Shown in pieces: positions 18,394 through 27,437 of a DNA stretch of 64,000 nucleotides. The notes under the pieces were generated by a model. That model was given only the letters and a program-made list of their open reading frames with translations. It had not been told where the DNA came from and made no database searches. The translations under genes and the position numbers were made by a program. The stretch's first letter is position 1; the number at the start of each line of letters is the position of its first letter. This stretch comes from a candidate division FCPU426 bacterium (GTDB taxonomy: Bacteria; Oederibacteriota; PGYV01; Palsa-1178), in contig CAWIXE010000002.1 in the NCBI GenBank assembly GCA_963840035.1, positions 832,001 through 896,000 of the forward strand, given 5' to 3'.

Positions 18394-20403
18394 TTATAAT
18401 TTTATCGCTTTTAATAAGTTTGCAGGCGCATCCCATTCAGGCGTACTTTCAGCGGCTTTTTTCGCAAACTTACGAGCCGAACTCAGATCCCCCACGGAAT
18501 ATGCCCCTTCGGCAAGCATCATGCACCAGTCGGCCGTGATGAACATGGGTTTTTCTGTGTCAAAAAGCACCGGGGCCATTTCGTCTTTCGCTCCGCAGAG
18601 ATTCATTGCTTTCAGTTGTGTATACCTTAAAAATGTGTTCTTGAGCATTACGACCTTGTTGTCGACGGTACTTTCGCAGTATTGCGCGCATTTATTTGCG
18701 GTTTCCGCGTAATCCAGCGCCCAGTAAGACAGGTTCGTCTCTGCTATCTGTCCGGCCATTTGCTTAAAATACCATTTAAGCTCAGGGTTGCCCCTTAAAT
18801 CCAGGTCATACAGCACGATGGGCAGTCTGTGCTTGCTGTCATAATCATAAAAATACCGTTCCCTGACCCACGGAAAAATATCCCTGACCACATACCTAAG
18901 CAGCGAAGATGACGTGAATAATACCCTGTCAAAATCAGGGTTTATCTTTCCGTATACGCCTGCGGTATGCATGTATGCGGAATAATCGCCTATATATAGC
19001 GAAAGCGGCAGTGTTGTATTGATGAATATATATCCGCCAGGCTTGTACTTTTTATTTATGTATTGCGCCAGACCCGTATCCCTGTTGTCCGATAATATCT
19101 GCCTGTTCCAGTCCGTGAACATGTAAAATACCGAGTTAATCAGCAACAGTGCCGAGACGGTTATCACCGGGATAATGAAACGCGACCTTACTACGGCGGC
19201 CATGAAAAAACCCATGATTATAACAAGGAACGGAAGCACCATGATGTGTCTGGGGTGCGAAAGGCCGCTGATACACAGGGTAAAAAGCGAAAGAAAAAAG
19301 CCTGTTAGAAATACCCTATAAAGCCTGTGCCGAATATTAACGGCGCAGACTGCCAGCCCGCCCGCGAGCATGAACGCCTCGGTAAATGAAAGCAGCGCAA
19401 GCCTGTCGGTAAAGAAATAAGCATCCTTTAATGGCAGAAAGAAAAATGATGGCAGTCTGCCAAGCGCGGACATTATCCCCGCCGCGGGGCCTGCGCTGTC
19501 CGCGAAGACAGTCCTGCTTAAAGACCATGATAAAATCCCCTTGTTTGAAATGTATGCCAGCGCCGCGGCCGCCACGGCAGCCGTCAGGTACACCAGCGCG
19601 TATTTTATCCGGTCAATCCCGATTTCGCGCCTGTATTCAAAAAGAAGATAAAAAGAAAAAGGGGCCATTAAAGCCCATGATGTATAGGTGAAAAAACCTG
19701 TTAAAAACAGCGCCCCGGCGGCAGCAAGGAAAATCGTGTTGCGGCTGTTTATGTACTTAAAAAAAGTAAATAAGAATGCTGTCGTGTAGAACGGTATGAA
19801 TGAATTTCCCAGGACGTGGCGCGACGCATAAAACGCCCAGGCGCTGGACGCGTATAAAAAACAGAGGATGACGCCGAACTTTTTGTCCCGTATCTCTTTT
19901 CCGAGAAGGTATAGAAAGGCGGCCGTGGCGAGGGAAAGCAGCAGCGGAACGGCCCTTATTAATTCTATTCTGTGGCCGAATAACAGTATGAATACGGAAT
20001 AAACGGCTTCCGGAACCAGCGGCAGAGCGGCTCCCTGTCTTGTTGCGTACGTAAAAACACCTCTGTCACCACGCATTTTTGAGTAGGCATCAACGATATC
20101 GGTCAGTTCGTCAACTATAAAATCATGAGGGAAGCTGAGTATCCTGTAGAACCTCGCGAGCAATAACACCAAGGTCAGGACGGCAATCACAAAAAATAAC
20201 TTTTTTTCCTCTGCGGGACTGAGGAAATAGCCGTATTTTCTTCCAAAATAAAAGAGCGCCATAATGGCGGCGGCGCATGCGGACGCGGCAAAAATATTTG
20301 CCGCGAGATAAAGAAATACTCCGGTTAATAATATGGACGCAAATAAAGGAGCTGCCGCGTATTTAAAAAACAGCTCGACATCTGACTTTGTTTTGTCCAT
20401 CAT
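18394..20403 (-). CDS. GT-C (family 39/ArnT/PMT-like) membrane glycosyltransferase
   Basis: Many TM helices, a DE motif (FIVDE) after the early TMs, R..P.L.SLAT...LY.LG motif, soluble C-terminal domain. Confidence 0.75.
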   Translation of the reverse strand: MMDKTKSDVELFFKYAAAPLFASILLTGVFLYLAANIFAASACAAAIMALFYFGRKYGYFLSPAEEKKLFFVIAVLTLVLLLARFYRILSFPHDFIVDELTDIVDAYSKMRGDRGVFTYATRQGAALPLVPEAVYSVFILLFGHRIELIRAVPLLLSLATAAFLYLLGKEIRDKKFGVILCFLYASSAWAFYASRHVLGNSFIPFYTTAFLFTFFKYINSRNTIFLAAAGALFLTGFFTYTSWALMAPFSFYLLFEYRREIGIDRIKYALVYLTAAVAAAALAYISNKGILSWSLSRTVFADSAGPAAGIMSALGRLPSFFFLPLKDAYFFTDRLALLSFTEAFMLAGGLAVCAVNIRHRLYRVFLTGFFLSLFTLCISGLSHPRHIMVLPFLVIIMGFFMAAVVRSRFIIPVITVSALLLINSVFYMFTDWNRQILSDNRDTGLAQYINKKYKPGGYIFINTTLPLSLYIGDYSAYMHTAGVYGKINPDFDRVLFTSSSLLRYVVRDIFPWVRERYFYDYDSKHRLPIVLYDLDLRGNPELKWYFKQMAGQIAETNLSYWALDYAETANKCAQYCESTVDNKVVMLKNTFLRYTQLKAMNLCGAKDEMAPVLFDTEKPMFITADWCMMLAEGAYSVGDLSSARKFAKKAAESTPEWDAPANLLKAIKL

Positions 20404-20494
20404 TTATCCCCTTGTCGCTTTTTAGTAGGAAACATAATCTGACCAATGCCTGACTTACTCAGCCTGTTGGCTGCGGCTGCCATCGTCTTTCGTT

Positions 20495-22846
20495 TTAAAT
20501 CGTAACTTCAACCTTACAAGCCGTATTTTTTGACGGCGGTATAACCCCGCCCTCAACAGGTTTTCCGTCCACTTCAATGCCCTTTATTCCCCGCTTTACC
20601 GTAATGTCATACTCACAGCCGCGGAAGAACCTTTTAGCCTTAAATCCTGTCCAGCCGGAGGGTATTTTAGGGGTAATGGCAAGGCCGTTTAATGACGGTT
20701 TTATGCCAAGCATATACTGGGTGGCTGCCACGAACATCCAGGAAGCCGTGCCCGTCAGCCATGAATTGGCGCCTTCGCCCTTGTTAAGGGCGTCATTTGA
20801 AAATACGGTCTGACAGAAGACATACGGTTCGGTCTTTAAAATTTCCGCGTTGTCATTTTTCTTCATGGGAAGGATATTTTTATAGTACTCAAAAGCCGTC
20901 TCAGGCCTGTTTAACATGCATTCGGCCACAATTGCCCATGAGTTGGCGTGAGCGAAGATGCCGTTTTCTTTTCTTCCCGTGTTATACCTGGATATCAGGC
21001 CGAAGGTCTGGTCATATCCGTCAAATGGCGGCCATACTTTTTTTACGCCTTCTTCGGAGGCCAGGTATTTTTTGACGCTGTCCATACACATCATGGCGCG
21101 TTCATATGTGGCTATGCCTGATATGACGCACCACACCTGAGAATTCAGGAATATCTTCGCTTTTTCGCTTTTTTTAGTGCCGATGACCTCGCTGCCAAAG
21201 CCGCGCACATACCATTCGCCGTCCCAGCATTTTTCATTTACAAGCGCCGCCATGGAGTCGGCGCGCTGTTCGAATAATTTTTCATCGCCTTTTTTACCGC
21301 CGTATGGCACCAGCATGGTAAGGAGCCTTAAAGCGTATACATAAAGGCCTGCCGTTACCACGGATTCAGGCTTCTCGCATTCCATCCACAGGTGCAGTGT
21401 GTCGTTCCAGTCGGCGGTAAGTATCAGAGGCAGGCCGTTTGGCCCTTTCATGCGCTCGGTGTAATTGACCGCGTCCACGAGATGCTGATATACGGGAGCC
21501 TTTTTTTTCGAATCGGCATAACCGCATTCCTCTTTTAATAAGCCAAAGTCGCCTGTTTCGGCTATATATGAATATACCATCTGAATGAGCCATAAATGGT
21601 CGTCGGAAAAACCTTTTAAATCGCCCTTTCCGCCGTTCGGGAAGAACTGATGGTAGCAGTCGCCGGTTTCAAACTGCGTGGTGGAGAGTATCTGGAATAT
21701 CCTTTGTTTTGCCCGCTCGGGTATCTGCGCGTTGATGGCGAGGGTATCCTGGCACGAGTCGCGGGTACCCATACCGCGGCCTTCGCCGTTCTCGTAGAAT
21801 GATATGTAACGGGACCAGTCAAATGTGGTCTTGCACTGGTACTGGTTCCAGACATTGACAACCAGGTTTAAATCCTTATCAGGCGAATCCAGGCTGAATT
21901 TTTCCATATACCGGGTCCAGCCTTCCTTAACTTTTTTTAGGGCCGATTCCACGTTCGCGTTATCACTGTAAAAATTCCTCATGAAAGCGGCGTCCTCGGC
22001 TTTTTCCGCGAAACCCAGCGTAACTATAATTTCCCTTTCCTCGCCCGGGTCGAGCACTATGGATGACCTTAATGCGGCGCAGCCGTTGCCTCCGCGCAGG
22101 ATAGAGTTTGAAAGTGTTTCGGATTCCACTCCTGAGGGGTTTGATTCTGAGTTGTAATTACCCAGGAATTTGTCCCTTACACAGTCATAATCCATGACCT
22201 TCTCGCTTGTGCCCATAAAAGCAAAACCGCCCCTGTCGCCCACGTAGTTCGCGTTTGCCTTCATGTCAAAAGCAGGGTGCGGCTCGATGAAATTGTAAAG
22301 CACCATGTCGTTTTCAAAAGAACCCCGGGTTAAGTGAAGCGACCACTGGATGTTCCTGGATTCAGGCTCGCACCACATGGTGAATTCGGAATATGAATAA
22401 ATGGAGAGTTTTTTTATGGACGTGGAACGGTTTGCTATTTTTAAGCGCCAGATTTCGCAGTCATGGTCGGCCGGGACAAAATATAGGGTCTCAGTGACTA
22501 TGTCTTTTACCTGCTGGGTTATCACCGTATACCCCTGGCCGTGCCTGCACTCGTATGAATCGGGTTTTTTCATGACAGGCTGCCATGTGGGCGAGAAATA
22601 GTGCTTTGTTTCCTCGTCCTTGATATAGAAATACCTTCCGGGCCTGTCCACGGGCACGTTATTATACCTGTATTTTGTTATCCTGCGGTCGCGCGGGTCC
22701 TTGTGAAAAGAAAAACCGCCCGCGGCCTGCGATATGATGCCGCAATAACCGCGGAGGTTTGAGATGTAATTAATCCACGGCGTAGGCGTATCCGGCCTGG
22801 TAATGATGTATTCACGTCCGTCATTCGAAAAGTATCCGTAGCGCAT
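20495..22846 (-). CDS. GH94 glycoside phosphorylase (cellobiose/chitobiose phosphorylase-like)
   Basis: MRYGYF...REYIITRPDTPTPWINY, GRGMGTRDSCQD, SDDHLWL, ADWNDTL, KENG.F.HAN, SWLTGTASW. Start moved to ATG 22846 (RBS GGAGGG). Confidence 0.92.
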   Translation of the reverse strand: MRYGYFSNDGREYIITRPDTPTPWINYISNLRGYCGIISQAAGGFSFHKDPRDRRITKYRYNNVPVDRPGRYFYIKDEETKHYFSPTWQPVMKKPDSYECRHGQGYTVITQQVKDIVTETLYFVPADHDCEIWRLKIANRSTSIKKLSIYSYSEFTMWCEPESRNIQWSLHLTRGSFENDMVLYNFIEPHPAFDMKANANYVGDRGGFAFMGTSEKVMDYDCVRDKFLGNYNSESNPSGVESETLSNSILRGGNGCAALRSSIVLDPGEEREIIVTLGFAEKAEDAAFMRNFYSDNANVESALKKVKEGWTRYMEKFSLDSPDKDLNLVVNVWNQYQCKTTFDWSRYISFYENGEGRGMGTRDSCQDTLAINAQIPERAKQRIFQILSTTQFETGDCYHQFFPNGGKGDLKGFSDDHLWLIQMVYSYIAETGDFGLLKEECGYADSKKKAPVYQHLVDAVNYTERMKGPNGLPLILTADWNDTLHLWMECEKPESVVTAGLYVYALRLLTMLVPYGGKKGDEKLFEQRADSMAALVNEKCWDGEWYVRGFGSEVIGTKKSEKAKIFLNSQVWCVISGIATYERAMMCMDSVKKYLASEEGVKKVWPPFDGYDQTFGLISRYNTGRKENGIFAHANSWAIVAECMLNRPETAFEYYKNILPMKKNDNAEILKTEPYVFCQTVFSNDALNKGEGANSWLTGTASWMFVAATQYMLGIKPSLNGLAITPKIPSGWTGFKAKRFFRGCEYDITVKRGIKGIEVDGKPVEGGVIPPSKNTACKVEVTI

Positions 22847-22879
22847 GTCACCCTCCAGAACGTAATTTGGTAAAGTAAA

Positions 22880-23061
22880 AAAGTCAAAACTCAAAAGTCA
22901 AAAGTGATACACAAACAAGAACCGCCGTTAAAGTTAAGGGCATAACTATCCCAAGTAAAACAATGATCGTTTATAAATAAAAGCGATTACATACCTCTCT
23001 ATTTTTACAGTATTTATTCTTTTGTAACACTTTTGACATTTGACTTTTGAGTTTTGACTTT
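22880..23061. repeat. 23-bp inverted repeat made of TTTTGAC/TTTTGAG heptamers
   Basis: AAAGTCAAAACTCAAAAGTCAAA (22880-22902) and its reverse complement (23039-23061). The right arm lies inside the 3' end of the DedA CDS. Confidence 0.8.
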
Positions 23062-23727
23062 AATTAGTTCCGGCTCTATGAGCCTCATGAACCGTATCCC
23101 CGCAAATATAAGCAGCGCGAGCATTATCACGGAAGATATTACAAGCGGCCACGGTATCATATGTTCGTCCTTGAAGTCTATGTACGCGTCCGTGCCTGCT
23201 ATATATATGAAAAGCCACGGCAGCATGGCGGCAAAAGAGCAGATTATATAAGGGATGAATTTCACCTTGGTCAGTCCGAAACCGTAGTTGACTAACTCCG
23301 CGGGTATGAACGGGATGAAGCGTATAATGGCGACCATGTACCAACCGTATTTTTCAGTGAGCGTTTCTATCCTTATGAAGAAAGGTTTTTTGCCAAGCCA
23401 GTCTTCCACCATGTCCCTGGCAAGGAACCGCGAGAGCACATATGCTATTGCGATGCCAAGCGTGGCGCCTGCCGATGATGCCGCAAGGCCGGAAAATGTC
23501 CCGAATACAGTGCCCGCGTATACTGTGAGGGCAATTGCGGGGACGCCGAAGGCAAAAGAGACGCCAAAGATGCCGATGAAAGCAAGAATGCCTAAAAATC
23601 CGTTGGATTGTATCCAGCCGCGCAGCAAGGTCAGCCTGTGGAAGATATGATAGTACTCAACCGCCCAGATGGCGGCTATCAAAATAACTATGAATACGGA
23701 AAATTTAAAAACATCGATTTTTTTCAT
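23014..23727 (-). CDS. TVP38/TMEM64 (DedA/SNARE-associated) membrane protein
   Basis: P...LT..AG..FG...G...GA.LG...AY..SR and R..PFIP...NY..GLT motifs. Confidence 0.9.
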   Translation of the reverse strand: MKKIDVFKFSVFIVILIAAIWAVEYYHIFHRLTLLRGWIQSNGFLGILAFIGIFGVSFAFGVPAIALTVYAGTVFGTFSGLAASSAGATLGIAIAYVLSRFLARDMVEDWLGKKPFFIRIETLTEKYGWYMVAIIRFIPFIPAELVNYGFGLTKVKFIPYIICSFAAMLPWLFIYIAGTDAYIDFKDEHMIPWPLVISSVIMLALLIFAGIRFMRLIEPELIKVKTQKSNVKSVTKE

Positions 23728-23832
23728 GCGGTAATTATAGCCTAATTTGAGGTTTTTGGGTTATTTTTTTTGAATGAACGGCGGTTAAAGCGCGGTAAAG
23801 CGCCGTTCTCATTCCCTTTAGTTTCACTGGAT

Positions 23833-24585
23833 TTATTTGTAAGTAATGTATATATCGTCAATATACATGGAATAATCGGCGAAGCTAAGGCCCATATTTG
23901 TCAGGATGCCGAAAAAATCCGTATAAACTGCGTCAACAGCCGAAATAATGGTCGCGTCGGCTTTTTGCTCGTGCAGGTCATTGCAGGGTATGTCAATAAC
24001 TCCGGCGATAATGTCATCTTTTTCTATCGTCCATGAATAAGTGTCAGCTGTCAGGTCAAGCGTCATGGTTACATTATACCAGTCGCCGGCCGTCCAGTTT
24101 ATGCCCGGCGTATGGGCGGTATTTCCCGCCGAATAATAGCTGGTCGTACCGCCAAAGTCAAAATCAAGCCTCATCTTTTCCACCTGTTGCAGGTAAAAAA
24201 CAAACGCCCTTCCGCTCATGAGGAAACTGACGTTTACGTTAAAATTCACCTTAATAGTGCCGGCATTGTAAACGGGCGGAGATGTTATAAGGGCCTTTAT
24301 TATCTGCCTGTCATAGTCCTTTTTCTGGCTGTAGATCATAATGGATTTGTCGGCTGAAACCGAGGCGGTATTCGTCACCGGAAAATAAACCGCGTCGCTG
24401 GCGCTGAATACTGACGCCCTCGTCCAGTTTGCGGGTGTATTGCCGACAAAATCCGCGGTATAATAGTCAAAGTTTTCCCGCAGAAGAGGCATGCCTCCCT
24501 GAGACGAAACGGGATTGCTGTCAGAGCAGGAAATAAACAGTATTGAGACAACTATTGCCAGGCATAGTATCAAAAATTTTTTCAT
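23833..24585 (-). CDS. Lipoprotein with a lectin/ConA-like beta-sandwich
   Basis: Lipobox FISC. ENFD..., W.AG.WY.V...LD pattern. Confidence 0.55.
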   Translation of the reverse strand: MKKFLILCLAIVVSILFISCSDSNPVSSQGGMPLLRENFDYYTADFVGNTPANWTRASVFSASDAVYFPVTNTASVSADKSIMIYSQKKDYDRQIIKALITSPPVYNAGTIKVNFNVNVSFLMSGRAFVFYLQQVEKMRLDFDFGGTTSYYSAGNTAHTPGINWTAGDWYNVTMTLDLTADTYSWTIEKDDIIAGVIDIPCNDLHEQKADATIISAVDAVYTDFFGILTNMGLSFADYSMYIDDIYITYK

Positions 24586-24614
24586 GTTCCCTCCCCGGGA
24601 TTTTTATGGCGATT

Positions 24615-24643
24615 ATTATAGCAGAATGTAAAAGCACGGTCAA
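24615..24643 (-). promoter_or_regulatory. Sigma70-type promoter
   Basis: Minus strand TTGACC-17 nt-TATAAT just upstream of 24585. Confidence 0.55.
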
Positions 24644-24695
24644 TACGGGCAAATCACAGAAATTTTTTTTATCAGCAACAAACACGTGACAGCCT

Positions 24696-25376
24696 TTAAC
24701 CCTTTTTTTCACGCGGCAAATCCAAAATTTTGAATTTCTTTTTATGCGCGTCCCTTATTATGTAATATACCATGAAACTGATAACGGCTGCGAAAAAGCA
24801 CCACACCGATGTCAGGCACTTTGTGTAAAAGACGAAAGACACGAGAAATGAGGCTGCCATTATGCTGCCCAGCACATGCATCCTCCTGACGCTTGAAATA
24901 AATAGCGGCAGGATAGTGGCGGCCAGGTAGAATATCACCGGGTAGTTGCCGAAAGGCAGCCTGAAATCCGAAATGTACGCGATGTGCATGGAGCTTACTT
25001 CCGCGCGCGGGCCGTAAAATATCATGCCGTAAATATTAAAGAGCGCCACCACCGCGCCCACAATAAGCAGGGCCGTTAAAATTTTCTTCCTTGGTTTTTT
25101 ATCCTCGATTAACAATACGGATAGCGGGACTGCCGCGGGCCATACTATTTCCGCCAAAATTAAAAACAGGTATGTTGAGAAAGCCTGAATCCCGCCATAT
25201 CCGTGGCGCCCTATTGAAAGCCATAATATCCCTTCGGTGAATTGCTGCAAAGCGAAGAAAAGCGGTATGCAGGCGAAAACCATCTGCGCGGGTTTATGTA
25301 CCTTTTTAAGGGTTTCAACCCCGATGACCGTAAGCAACACCCCGCCGGTAAAACTAGCCGAAGCAGAAAAACACAT
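24696..25376 (-). CDS. Membrane protein, DUF6629-like
   Basis: MCFSASASF start, P.FFA.QQ..EG..W and SVWCFFAA motifs. Confidence 0.8.
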   Translation of the reverse strand: MCFSASASFTGGVLLTVIGVETLKKVHKPAQMVFACIPLFFALQQFTEGILWLSIGRHGYGGIQAFSTYLFLILAEIVWPAAVPLSVLLIEDKKPRKKILTALLIVGAVVALFNIYGMIFYGPRAEVSSMHIAYISDFRLPFGNYPVIFYLAATILPLFISSVRRMHVLGSIMAASFLVSFVFYTKCLTSVWCFFAAVISFMVYYIIRDAHKKKFKILDLPREKKG

Positions 25377-25521
25377 AATTCCCCCCTGTGAAACCGTTTA
25401 GTGGCGTGCGTGCTCTTCCTGCATGGAATTACCGACAGTTTTTTGGAGGAGACGCGTTCTTCCTGTTAATGCCGATATGTATAACGTTTTAAATTGAAAA
25501 TTGAAAATTGAAAATCCGTAT

Positions 25522-25773
25522 TTACATATGGTCTATATTAAACCCCGGTGTCGCGTTCTTGAGTTTGTGGATGTGTTTGCATTTCGGGCATGTAATAATT
25601 ACACCCGGGCCGGCGTTTGTGACGGGTATTCCGGATTTCTTTTGTTCAAAAGTAGGCCCCGGTGAAGTAATCTTCACCTTGCCTGAAGTGCAACAACAGA
25701 AAAATATTGATTTAGCGGCGCTGCTTCCCCATAATGAAGCCGCTTTTTTAGGATATCCGGGACATTTTGCCAT
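25522..25773 (-). CDS. Small Cys-rich hypothetical protein (possible Zn binder)
   Basis: MAKCPG...CCC...CPKCKH. G-rich RBS before ATG 25773. Confidence 0.45.
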   Translation of the reverse strand: MAKCPGYPKKAASLWGSSAAKSIFFCCCTSGKVKITSPGPTFEQKKSGIPVTNAGPGVIITCPKCKHIHKLKNATPGFNIDHM

Positions 25774-25858
25774 AACCACCCCAATCTTTTTGCTTGCTTT
25801 AAATCATAAATATATTATACCTTAAAACCCGCGGATTATATACAGCTAATAAATACCC

Positions 25859-26060
25859 GTTATTGTATATAATCGTGTGTAAATTCATATTTGCTTATAT
25901 TAAACGTGTTAATTTTCTTCTACCACTGCTCCCCCCTCTCCTCTTAGGAGAGGGGCTGGGGTGAGGTGAAACCAATTGTCTTATTCCCCTCACCCTACCC
26001 TCTCCCAAGGGGAGAGGGAAAAAAGAACAAAACAATTTACACACAATTCTTGACAATATC
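25859..26060. mobile_element. 202-bp MITE, copy 1 (IS256-like ends, 9-bp TSD)
   Basis: Imperfect TIRs GTTATTGTATATAATCGTGTGTAAATT / AATTTACACACAATTCTTGACAATATC. Flanked by direct repeat TAAATACCC at 25850-25858 and 26061-26069. Confidence 0.9.
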
Positions 26061-26086
26061 TAAATACCCGGAATTTAGATAAAGCG

Positions 26087-26659
26087 TTACTCAATCTTAA
26101 TCCCGTATTTATCCAGCAGGCCCAGAACGCCCGGCAATGAAAATTTCGAGCCCTTTACCCTGTTTTGTTCCGGGTCTATGGAGTAGTTATAGGAGCTCCT
26201 GAAATCAGTCCCTGTAAGGTTTACTTTCTGGAAGATTGTGCGCGCCAGGTCGCAGTTTTCAAATAAGGCTTCAGAGAGGTCTGTTTCCTGGAATACGGCT
26301 TCCCTGACAGTACAGCCTTTAAAATGCGTTTTCCGCATCTTTTTTTTATCAAACCCGGCATATGAAAGGTCGCATTCGGTAAAGCTGACCGAAAACATGG
26401 AATCGCTGCAGGCGCTGAAAGCCACCCCGCTTAGCGAGCATCCGTTGAATTTAACTTTTTTTAAGGAGGTATTGTCCGGTTTTACCAGTTTCATGGAACA
26501 GTTATTAAAGGAACAATCCGTAAATGAATTGTTTTTCATGATACATCCCGACAGATCGCAGCCGTCAAAAACACAGTTCTCAAATTCGCAGGAAGTTATT
26601 TCCCCGTCTTTAAGCGCGAGTTTTTTAAATGTTTTGTTTTCATGCGTTTCATTATTCAT
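26087..26659 (-). CDS. Pentapeptide repeat protein
   Basis: FENCVFDGCDLS, FTECDLSYAGF, FQETDLSEALF repeats. Start moved to ATG 26659 (RBS AAGGA). Confidence 0.9.
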   Translation of the reverse strand: MNNETHENKTFKKLALKDGEITSCEFENCVFDGCDLSGCIMKNNSFTDCSFNNCSMKLVKPDNTSLKKVKFNGCSLSGVAFSACSDSMFSVSFTECDLSYAGFDKKKMRKTHFKGCTVREAVFQETDLSEALFENCDLARTIFQKVNLTGTDFRSSYNYSIDPEQNRVKGSKFSLPGVLGLLDKYGIKIE

Positions 26660-26718
26660 AGTAATCCTTGGCGTGTTTTTTAGATTTGCGTTTCTACCAA
26701 CCACTCACAACCCACTGC

Positions 26719-27417
26719 TCACCCTTTCACCGCATCACTGCTCGCCTTCATCGCCGTAATTTCAGTCAACCCGGCCGACTCTATGATGTCGTTTAAGACC
26801 CATTCCTTCTTGCTGCGTGTGAACTTCCACACTTCGGTAAACTTTTTTGCCTGCAACCTGCTGCCTTCGGTTACTGCGCCGGTCCTGTCGTCTATCATAT
26901 AGCTCAGCATGGAACCCTTCATCCTTACCCAGACTTCATCCCTGCTCGAGCCTTTATGGTCTATGATGTTTACAACCTGTGATGGCCCAAGCTTGATCTT
27001 TTCAATTATGTTCTTCTCGTGCCTTTTTTTCATGGCGTCAGTCTGCATTTTGTGAATCTTATAAAGGGCGGGGCTCATATGGCTTTTTGCAATGAGCTGG
27101 TTCCTTTTAGCCCACGCTTCTTTTACTTTCATAAATACCTCTGGAACGCGTTTTTTTATGAGCGATTCATCCCAGTATTTTTCATAGGTTTTAAGTTTTC
27201 CCATCAGGTTCCTGCATTGTATTTCCTTGCGCGCCACCATGAAGGTTATGGCCGCGGAGTAGCCTATAAGCAGGCCGTTCTTTATCCAGCCGAAAACCTT
27301 GCCGGCCAAAACAGCCCCGCCTATTACAGCGTCAGCCATGGCAAAAGAGACAACAATAAACACAAGCCCCACCAGCATTGCCAGATAAATAAAAGTGCGT
27401 TTTTTTGCGCCCATCAC
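26719..27417 (-). CDS. Tim44-like domain membrane protein
   Basis: Two N-terminal TMs, then F..V..AW, Y.IDD.TG.V.EG, FTEVWKF.R....W.L..I. Confidence 0.8.
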   Translation of the reverse strand: MMGAKKRTFIYLAMLVGLVFIVVSFAMADAVIGGAVLAGKVFGWIKNGLLIGYSAAITFMVARKEIQCRNLMGKLKTYEKYWDESLIKKRVPEVFMKVKEAWAKRNQLIAKSHMSPALYKIHKMQTDAMKKRHEKNIIEKIKLGPSQVVNIIDHKGSSRDEVWVRMKGSMLSYMIDDRTGAVTEGSRLQAKKFTEVWKFTRSKKEWVLNDIIESAGLTEITAMKASSDAVKG

Positions 27418-27437
27418 AGACTCCTTAAATTTGCCGT

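Noticed and set aside
22847..22894. Track start of the GH94 ORF at 22894
   Set aside because: The extension lies in a heptamer repeat. ATG 22846 has an RBS and matches the family N-terminus.
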